From the NCBI GenBank assembly GCA_025201805.1, contig MU619261.1, positions 80,005 through 144,004 of the forward strand: 64,000 nt of DNA. The letters are read 5' to 3'. The position numbers were made by a program, and so were the translations under genes. Positions 54,048 to 64,000 of the stretch are shown one piece after another (within the stretch, counting starts at the first letter, position 1; the number at the start of each line of letters is the position of its first letter). The notes beneath the pieces were generated by a model, which was not told where the DNA came from, made no database searches, and worked only from the letters and a program-made list of their open reading frames with translations. The stretch is from Parasitella parasitica NRRL 2501. Taxonomy: Eukaryota > Fungi > Mucoromycota.

Positions 54048-57000
54048 CAAGCAAAGGGAGTAGGTGGTAATTTGCCTTTTTTCTTTTGTATGGCAAGAAA
54101 TATAAAATGAAAAAAAAAGAGAGCAAGAAGCATCCAGAATAAAGAAAGTGTCATTTTTATATCAAAACTCCATAAAAAAGACCATCCGAGTTTATCCAAT
54201 CAAGTGAGTCATGTCATTTATATTTCTAAATACCAATTTAACAATTCCGTTATACATGTGAGATTTGCAGCTGCATTTCCGTGTGTTTGTTTTGCTGGAT
54301 GCTTTGCATTTAGTGTAACAATAGAGGATGAAGGCCTAAAAACTAAGTGCAAGGCCCCAGCAATGGCGATGGAGCGTATACAATATGAAAGTATCGTACA
54401 TGTCGACATCTCTATTAAATGGAGACTAAACACCAGTATGACTAGGTATCATGCAACCGCTTCCTTTTTTTTTTTTTTCTGCTTCGTAGTGATGCATCTC
54501 AGCCTTGCAGTCTTTATTTAGTATCATTTTCTCTTACACAAAATTTTGACCTTCTCAGGAATCCCCTTGTTCTATTAAATTCAAAATGGCATGTACATTG
54601 CTAAAGCCTGGCAAGATGATAATTTTTATTAACCAAATATGTCTTTTTTTTTTATTACAACTGCGCGCTTTTTACTTGGCTGTGGGTGTAATTTTTAAAA
54701 TGTACATACATGGGCATTTCGAGCTGCATCTGCGCATGTAGCGAGTCCCTCGATTTAAACTTGATCTCATTCCTCCTTGGGGACAAGATGCTCTGGCTCC
54801 TATCCCCTCCCTCCCCCCCCCTTTTTTTTTTCTTTTCTGAAAAAGGTTGATCATGTGTAGTTTTTTAAACATGTGTAGCGATTGTTTCAACGAATATTGA
54901 CTTGATGCCTATATTTAACAGTGGTAGTATTACTTTTGGGACATAATGTTCGTGCGCACACGCAGTTGTGACATTTGATGATATCACTGCCATTTTTTGT
55001 TTGGTCAGCGAGGATCAAATGCTTATGTATATCTCATGCCGTAAAGATATTCGAGCTGATTTATTATAGACCCAGTTAGTTTATTCATTATCATGAGTAT
55101 TTGGATCTGCTGTATTCCTTCTTAACATTCTGTCCATGTCAACCACGTATTCATAAACACACGATGAGTTTCAACTCGACGACTTGTTCATTTAAAGATG
55201 TATATATTCATCAGATGATTGTATGAAAGAAATACCACGAGAGATCAAATGTACCAATAGGAGCATACTTGGTATTAAAAAAAAATACACTGTGCATGTA
55301 TGAAGAAAAGTAAGAAATACATACATCCCAAAAAGAGAAAACGTGGTGTAAATTACACAAGATTGACAAGTTAAATATAGTAACATTTTTGCTTGAGACA
55401 GACGTCCGTTTCATCCATGTATCATTAGAAAAGCGAGAAACCGCTCTTCATGTTTTGCGTACATAAAGAAGGTGGCAATCACTCCTTTTATCATGTCGAC
55501 AAATTAATCAATAGATATATACTATAGACAAGAATGCATCGAGCTTTCAAAAACATTGGTTGTTGTCAATGTATCAAACATTCATAATTCTATCTCTGGC
55601 GTTGCATATGCAACATACTACTCATTCCAGATAAAGTATAGTGTATTAGGCAGGTAAGTGCCATAGGAAAAATTGCTGGTATTAACTTTCTCGTCTATTA
55701 TCTGAGGATTAGCACGGTATTAGGATAAGTAGTCCACTTGCATGGCATAATGCTTCTGACAGAAGTGAAGGGAAGACCTGTAAGGTATTCCAATCAAGAT
55801 GAATTGCATTCTATCAGATAATAATCGATTGAGTTTGTGTTTACCATCAGAGATAATAAAGGTTTAATTAACATAAAGACTAGGAAGTCCTATTCCTGAT
55901 CACTTATAGTATTCGTATATTAATAAAAGGATCTTGGGAAGTATTTGAGACGTATTGAATTGGAAACAGGATTCAAGCTTTTAAGATGTTCAACTATTTA
56001 TACTCTTATACTTTTCTACTTATTATTTATTTACAGATATGTCACTTATTGACATGATTTTAGAATTGGACCTGGTGATTGGTGTTTTATGACGAGGAAT
56101 TTTAAGCTATTTGATAATTATTCAGTTTGTCAAAGAAGTTTGCATTTTCAGTCTATTAAGCACTGATTGAGGGTAATTTAGAAGCCAAAGGTTCCATTAC
56201 AGATGAATTCAAAGAGATTTTGTATCTGACGACCATTTGAAAAAGAAAAAAAAAAATCATGGTAAATGCTAAAATCTATATAATATTGATAGGTAGGTGA
56301 CCTAAACAAAAAGGTAAGCCTTGATAAACAATAAAGTATATTGAAGTTCATGTAATGATCTGATGAAATCATATGTGATGATTTGTAAGTAACACTCGAA
56401 CATTTTTAAACTTCTCTATTAAAGATTTATTGAATCGCAACAAATCAAGTCATTCCTGTGGAAGATCTATTCTGAGCAATTAGAAAACTATAAAGCCTCA
56501 TGTGCACTTTATCAATTTGCATTTCATCTTACATAATGTGACAATTGTCGAGAGTTATTTCTCTACAATAAATGACGTGCTGTAAAACAGATCTGCAAAT
56601 CTACTTGAATCAGGTATAAGTTTAATCATATAGAAAATCTGATGGAAGAAATCAACCATTAGAGTGTAATATACTAATTCAGTAAGTTATTACTCTGGTC
56701 ACGCTTTCAACTCGAAGGGAAAAAGCGACGAAAGCTTGTTATTCATGCCTACCAAATAGAGGATCGACTTTTAATCTTATTGTTCTTTGGATTTGACCGA
56801 AAATACCCCGAGAGTTGATAATATAAAACCCGTGTATTTCGGCATAAAAAAAAAAAAAAAAAAAAAAAAAGAAGACTACAACATTTTTCTATTCATTATT
56901 TTCTTTACACGGCTCATCAAAGACGAATTAATTTAATCACCCAAAAAGAAAAGAATAGAAGATTGGCTAGTCGAAATTATATTCTCTTTTCTTGAAGTAT

Positions 57001-57164
57001 TCTGTTTAATTAATCCAACTTCTTTTGCAAAAACCCACAACAACGCAACATCAGCTACAACGTCTAATCCAATTAATTAGTATTCTACTTCAAGGAAAGA
57101 ATTGCTGATTGACTCTTTTGTTTCTTGTGAACAATCTGGTGTTTTAAAACGACAAACAGATTTT

Positions 57165-59501
57165 ATGAGGATCCAAGTCAATTCGCAATTTCGATTATAC
57201 TTACTTTGTTGGTAAGAATTCGAGATCCTCCATGATTGAAAAGTTCTAATGTCGTTTAATCCAATACTAGCTTTGTATCACTCGGTGGCTTCATGGTAAA
57301 ATATACATGAAAGTATGCGGCTTATTTTAACACAATCTTTAACTGTTTTCATCAATGGTTTGTAGTACGGGTGAGTGGCATGTTGAATTTCAATCACCAT
57401 GCAATTAACGGATCTATTTTGATACAGTTATGACAGCGGTGTTGTTACCTCTATCTTAGTGATGCCGCCGTTTACAAGTAAATACGGCTTGATATCAGAG
57501 TCAGGCGCTGGATATGCTATTGTTCCAGTATCATTAGCCGCTTCGTTTATTGCCTCATTCGCCTCAGGGTTTCTAGCCGATACGCTTGGAAGAAAAAAGT
57601 TTTTATATGTAGCCTCAATCATTCATGAGATTGGTTGTATTGTGGAGATCGCTGGTCAATCTCTAGCATCCTTTTTTGCTGGCCGCATCATTACTGGTAT
57701 TGCCATTGGGTAAGACATCGACGTTTGGTTACCCACGAATCCAAGAACTAATGATTTTACAATTTTCAAAAAAAAAAAAAAAAAAAAAGTATCTATAGCA
57801 TGCTCGTCCCTTTGTATCAAAGCGAAATTGCCAAACCTCAAAATCGTGGCCGATTAATCACATTTTACCAAATCTTTGTTACCCTTGGCTTTTGCATTGC
57901 TTTTTGGCTAGGCTATGGTACGTATCCCATAGACTCTGATATTGGCTGGGAGATTCCCGTCGGACTGCAATTAGCAGCTGGATTTTTTATGCTGTGTGGC
58001 CTTCACTTCATACCCGAGTCTCCTCGTTGGCTCATATATAAAGACCGCAACGCTGAGGCACTCCAAATTCTGGCGCAATTACGGTCTCACGGAAATGAAA
58101 ATGATGTTGATGTGCAGATGGAATTTACAAGCATTGTACAAGACGTATCATTCGATAAAATGGCTTACAGACAACGATTTATGAGCTTGTTGAGAAAGGG
58201 AAATGACAACAACAGGAAAAGGACGTTACTGGGTGTTGGAATACACGTGTTTACGCAATTATCTGGCATCAATGCATTGCTGTAAGTTTTATATCACTAT
58301 TACGTTGGTTTAAATTGCATTGATTTACAATGTTATTAACAATAGGTTTTATCTCCCTCATATCTTGGAATCAGCAGGTATTAAAAAAGGCATATCAGCT
58401 TTACTAGGGAATGGAGTAGGCGGTGCTGTCAACTTTGTAGCCACATTGTTTGTGTTACTTTATGTAAGTCTTTTTGTCTTTTTAAGTCTGCAATTATATA
58501 ATATATTTGCAGATTGATAGGTGGGATCGACGCCGTATTTTGGTGTGTGGAGCCTTGGCTATGGCTGTTTGCATGTTATGTATCACAATTGTATCCGCGA
58601 TTTATAACCAACAATTGATCAGCAAAGTACCCGTGTATGGATCATGGAATCAAACGACGAGTGTAGTCACCGACACCGCCGCCAGCTACGCAATTTTAGC
58701 CTTGCTCTGCGTATTTATTGCATTCTTTGCTCTTAGTTGGTAATTAGTTTACGAAAGCGTCCGAGAATCTACATGATTTTTGATTGTTTTAATAGGGGAC
58801 CCATTGGGTGGATTTATCCTGCCGAGATCTATCCGCAAATGATTCGCGCCAACGCAATGGGGATTACGACATCCTGTAGCTATCTGTTCAACTTGTTTGT
58901 GTCACTTATATCGCCTGTCATGTTCCGAAAGATACTGTGGGGCACTTATTTATTCTTTGGATTGATTTGCTTGATTATGGCGGCCGTAGTGCAAAAATAT
59001 TATCCAGAAACAAGAGTAAGGCAAACCATGGCAACCAAATAAAATGGGCTTTGTATTTATTTTAGATTTGTATAGGGGCGATCTTTAGAAGAAATTCAGC
59101 TAATCTTTAGTGGAGCGCTTATAGATCAAAGACCAGACGCCCACCATCCAGCGACGGCAGCAGAAGCTTTGTTGCATCTGGAGCAGATTCAACATAAAGA
59201 TAAACGTGAGCGGATGAATCAAGCGCAATTCTCTTTGAACATACCAGCGGAATGGTCTGACGTTGTCGTATCCAATCCGCACAATGTCTCTAGGGCGTTG
59301 AATAATCTTCACAATGCTGATCAGGATTATGAGGATGATGAGACTTCAATACGTGAAATCAGATCGCAACGCACCTTTGCATCATCATCATCGTCAATCG
59401 CATCATGGCCAAATCAACGGTCAATTGAGCTTGATCAATTCGAAGTAGATGCTGGTCCTTCTGCTTCTACGCCGCCAGAAATGGGGATAAGCAAGAACTA
59501 A
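57165..59501 (+). CDS. MFS sugar porter family transporter
   Basis: GGFM|YG|YDSG, DTLGRK, PLYQSEIA, PESPRWL, QLSGINA, DRWDRR, WIYPAEIYP, PETRGRSLEEI. Confidence 0.92.
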
Positions 59502-60636
59502 TCGAACACGTCTCGACACACAACATTTTGTATTCTGTAAATTATTATTCCTCCACATTTCATATTTCTATTTTAATTTCGTAATCCTTATTTTAACCCC
59601 TCACGCACTCGAAATGTTTATATAAAAAAAAGTATTGCAATTCTTGCTTACCTTTATCACAAACTTTTCGTGCACTTAAGGAAAAAAAAATTCGCACAGT
59701 TATGGAATTACTGACAATTTTTTTTTGTTGGTTTATGTACTTATTGAATTGATTACGAAGAACATCCGCACTTTTGTATTTAAAAAGGGTTAATTCAATG
59801 CCTTTAGAATAATATGCTGATCAATCCATTCGTTTAAACCCTTTTTGCATCCTAGTATGCTTATAATTTTCAACAAATATCATACCTTATTCGTATGGAG
59901 TGACCGATTCTGGCGTAAAGTCAATATTTTCACTAATTGTAGAGTCTGCTGCTGCTGATGCTGCTGCTGCTGCTGCTCTTGTTGTTGTTGTTGCTTTTGC
60001 TGTTGATATACTAGTAGGGATAGAGGAGGGCCCGAGATCCATATCAGTGTATTTCCTTTTCATTGCGTGGTTTTGTGATTGTAAATTCTTGATGGTTTTG
60101 GCAACTGTTTCAGATGATGAATTTTGGCCAATAAGTTTCAATATTTTGGCACAAGCACTGTACAAAGGAACCGTATCCTAAAACGGCGGTAAAAAAAGAA
60201 GCTTCTAATATGTGTTTTTAGCAAAAAGGTTTTTATAGCAGACGGTCTGCATAATATATGTCATGTTTAAATTTAGATTTTCACATGTCTTGAAACTTGT
60301 CATTTGGATTATACAAATAAATGCTTTATGAGGAAGGAGGACGGAGCATACTTTCCGAAATACTGAAAGACATTAGGGGCGCTATTGTATTCCCCAGCTT
60401 ATTTTAGGAGTTTCTACCACCGTTCATTAGGAGTATTTCCAAGAAAGAAAGAGGGAAGAAGGAGGGGATATGATAGCTTGATAAGAGTATCCAAACTGGA
60501 TGGAACTTAGGAGTGAGCAATCACGACATGAGACTCATTTGTTTGGATTGATTTGTGCATAAAAAAATCATCCTCTTTTATCTCTCTTTTTATTTTTTCT
60601 TTTTCTTCTTCTGTATCTAGTGCTGTCACTGCCAAG

Positions 60637-61366
60637 ATGCTACACACAAACAGCAGCAAATTAACTTGTTCAAGTAAAAACGAGCAAACTATCGAGAGAA
60701 TTATGCCTTTACCAAGTGTTTTGATTGGTATAAAGCCGACGATGCCCTGGTCTGCAGAATTTATCTGACACTGTATTGCATGTTCCACTTAGATTTTATA
60801 GCAATGACTATCTGTGATTTATTGCCTCCAAGAAAAGTGTCATCTCACCATAGACAACCAATCATGCCTGAGCTTGTCTACTTTATCCAGAAGATTACTT
60901 TTCAAGGTGGCATTGATTGCCGAACTGCTTTGGTTGCATTAATATATTTGAATCGTGCCAAAGTTAATTTGCCTAAAGGAGCAGTTGGGGGCTATGGTAA
61001 GATCAGGGCAGATGAAAATAGCAATAAGCCATATTAAATCAATTGATAGACACTTGCCATCGCATGTTTCTAGGTTCAATATTAATAGCATCGAAATTTT
61101 TGAGAGAAAATCACAGCAACAAGCACATTATATCCATTCCGTCGACCTGGTCTCATTATTACTCAAACTACTATTGCTCTAATACAACAGCAGCGCTATC
61201 CACCTTGACAAACCGACAGTTGACTAATCTTTGTGGCGGTCTCTTTCCGTTGCAAGAAATCAATCAGTTGGAACGGGCTCTTCTCAAACTGCTGAAATAC
61301 CAATGCTGGGTCGATGACCAAGATATCCAGGAGTTTGTTATGGAGCACCGAGTCGACTTGCAATGA
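60637..61366 (+). CDS. PCL/Pho80-type cyclin-domain protein
   Basis: ALVALIYLNR, CHRMFLGSILIASKF, EINQLERALLKLL; start uncertain. Confidence 0.75.
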
Positions 61367-61546
61367 ACAGCAGTGTAATTATACCACCAACCGTTGTAAA
61401 TATCATTTGTACCCAATTATAATGCTTACCCCTCAAAGCCTCTTTTGTGATAATAAACAAATTCCGGCGCCACGACACATACATTTGTCCTTTTTTTTTT
61501 ATCAATTCCATTAAACCTTTTTATCTTTCGAGTTACATTCTTCATC

Positions 61547-62438
61547 ATGCGTTTTTTCAATAGTTTGGTGTCAGCAGTTGGATTTATTGCCTGTGCTATG
61601 GCTCTGACGGAACCTCCTACTGAGCTGCAAGTTGGTAAGGTCTTTAGCTCATTTGTGTAATCGTGCCCATTTACAAGCCATGCTATTCATAAACATAGGC
61701 ATCAAAAAGAGAATCCCTGCTGAGAACTGTCTAATCAAATCAAGCAACGGGTAAACATTAATACGTTTGACGCGATCCTATTTGTACTGAACGACCTTGC
61801 CCTTTTCTTCAGCGATACATTGTCCATGCACTACACTGGAACCCTTTTTGACACTGGAGTCAAATTTGACAGTAGCTTGGACCGCAGCCAGCCATTCGTA
61901 TTCAAGTTGGGCCAAGGCCAAGTTATTCAAGGCTGGGATCAAGGCTTATTAAAGTACGTGTTATGCATGTGATTAGTGAAATCGATCACCAAGTTTTCTT
62001 TGATAGCATGTGCATTGGTGAAAAGCGTAAATTGGTTATCCCTCCTAGCATGGGTAATGCATAAAACACAAACATTGCATCATGATATACTCAAAATGAT
62101 TGTGCATAGGTTACGGTGATCGCGGTGCTGGAGGTGTTATTCCTGGAGGCGCAACACTGGTTTTTGAAGTGGAATTGTTGGATATTCAAAAGTCTGCTTT
62201 TAAACCAGTTGCCAATAGTGGCGATGATGATCAGTTTATGTCGTAATTATGTTGAACTACTTGCATAAAATGACGGTATTTAATCTAGCCGCTAATACGT
62301 AGGTTCACTTCTCCCAGTTTCTTGATCTCAACTGCTGTAATCATCGGTCTCTTCCTTGTTGTGTTCAAAATGGCGAAAAAGCAAGACATTGTCGAGGCCA
62401 AAAAAGCTGCAACCGCAGAGATTAAAGACAAGAAATAA
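61547..62438 (+). CDS. Secretory-pathway FKBP-type peptidyl-prolyl isomerase with a probable C-terminal TM helix
   Basis: Signal peptide; [42 protein letters not shown]; hydrophobic last exon. Confidence 0.88.
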
Positions 62439-62446
62439 TAAAAGAT

Positions 62447-62674
62447 TTATTTGTTTGTGCTATGGCTACTGCCACTTAAAGTATTGATTGTGGAAGAAAT
62501 GCCATTCTTGATCGACTGGCCAGCTTGCGTAGTCAGACCAGGCTCGTCTGCCTTGCCGTCGTTTGGCTTGTTTTTGGGCTCGTCGTAGTCCCCAATCTTG
62601 AATAAACCAGTGCCACCTGTTTGAGTGTTTTTCTCTGTTGATGAGTGAGGGTTTTCAAGCTGTCCAATATCCAT
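62447..62674 (-). CDS. Small hydrophilic hypothetical protein (75 aa)
   Basis: Single ORF MDIGQLENPH... with an A-rich start context, lying between FKBP and Prx. Confidence 0.45.
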   Translation of the reverse strand: MDIGQLENPHSSTEKNTQTGGTGLFKIGDYDEPKNKPNDGKADEPGLTTQAGQSIKNGISSTINTLSGSSHSTNK

Positions 62675-62834
62675 TTTATTAGTACTTGCACAAAGTTTTA
62701 GGAAAGAAGGAAACAAATAAAATTTCTAGTGAAACCCAAGGATTTTATATTGATTAATGCAGTTTCACGAGAAAATGTGTTTCATGATGATTTATTTTAT
62801 TTTATTTTTGCTTTTTTTGCTTTTTTTGGAGATA

Positions 62835-63601
62835 TTAGAATGGAGAAGGTGTTAGACGCAAGTAAGGTTTAACAACCTTGACGCCCTTGGGGAAGATCTT
62901 GTGAGCTTCCTCGGTAGACACAGATGGATGGACAATAACATCGTCTCCCTTCTTCCAGTTGCCAGGCGTGGTAATACGGTGCTTGTCGCCCAACTGAAGA
63001 GAATCAATGACACGCAAGATTTCGTCAAAATTACGCCCAGTGGATGCGGGGTAAGACAAGATCAAACGGATGGTCTTTTTAGGATCGATTATAAAGACGG
63101 AGCGAACAGTGAAGGGAATGCCCTTGTTGTCAACATTGGTTGCGTCCTGATGATCCAGCATATCATAGAGGGTAGCAACCTTACGATCAGCATCAGCAAT
63201 GATAGGGAAATTGAGCTTGACATTACTAATCTCATTGATATCAGCAATCCACTTTTCGTGGTCACCCAGCTCGTTGGCAGAAAGACCAATGATATTGACA
63301 TTACGGGCATCCCACTCGTCTTGGAGAGCAGCGACGAGACCAAGCTCAGTTGTGCAGACAGGAGCTATTTTTTTTTAATTAATTCCTTACATTAATTGCA
63401 TTGCTCGCGTTGGAACCTACTGAAATCGGCAGGATGAGAGAAAAGGACGGTCCACTTGTCACCAACAAAGTCGTGGAATTTGATATCGCCTTTGGTAGTT
63501 TGAGCTTCAAAGTCTACGAGTTTCAATAGGATTCAGTCCTCGCGCCTTTTTCACCGAGAATTTCACTTACCAGGAGCAGTTGAGCCAAGTCTAAGAACCA
63601 T
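62835..63601 (-). CDS. PRX1: 1-Cys peroxiredoxin (Prx6 family)
   Basis: LFSHPADF|SPVCTTE, RSVFIIDP, YPASTGRNFDEILR, KPYLR. Confidence 0.93.
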
Positions 63602-64000
63602 TTTTTGCTTTTATTTTATTTTACAAGTTGAAAAGAAATTCGACCCACTTTCACCCGCTTATATATATATATATTTATATGTGGGTCGGGAAACCTGAGG
63701 AGACCAAAAGGAAACCTCTGATTTCATATCCCGCAGGCAATTAATTGAACTTATTCAAGAGGAAACTTCAATAAGTCGACTTATTTGAAGGTTGGGAAAC
63801 CTGTAATAAATTTATTAGTTTATATAGCAGATGATATATGATGCCTCAAATATTTTGCTATATAACTATAACTTTATACATCACAAAAAAAACTAATATA
63901 TTGTGTAAAAGACTTTTTTTATTTAGAGTAATGTAAAAATTAAATCACTATTTTTTGAAAGGTAATCTAATGATTTTTTGTTTCTAACTCGCAGCATTTC

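Noticed and set aside
59887-60181. Exon-like ORF with (GCT)/(GTT) microsatellites
   Set aside because: No start exon or family could be identified; low complexity.

Overview
Intron-rich fungal genomic DNA, most consistent with Mucorales (Mucoromycota) from its short GT-AG introns, gene set and TE families; two N gaps lie at 33373-34281 and 48834-48923. The housekeeping backbone includes PDH E2 (LAT1), ATP19, BUR1/CDK9, glutaredoxin, IML2/TTC39, an AIFM2-like oxidoreductase, ISC1, kinesin-13, ARP2, ATP1, MVP1, PCNA, an arrestin, an MFS sugar porter, a PCL cyclin, an FKBP and a 1-Cys peroxiredoxin. Two accessory regions interrupt it. (1) 6.4-18.9 kb: four paralogous secreted DPBB (RlpA/expansin-like) genes, split by a 6.8-kb unit (10807-17611) built like a bacterial composite transposon. 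The unit has two near-identical 1850-bp inverted arms, each a whole DD34E Tc1 element plus 172 bp of extra sequence, with TA outside both ends. The arms enclose Helitron-related DNA and an 8-exon gene for a PD-(D/E)xK restriction-endonuclease-fold protein that has a single frameshift. This unit is the best candidate for an undescribed system. (2) 45.3-52.7 kb: a TE island with a Tc1 remnant, a young 5'-truncated L1-like LINE with a 13-bp TSD, a second decayed PD-(D/E)xK gene and a non-autonomous Helitron with both termini. Gene models were spliced by eye and no database searches were run.
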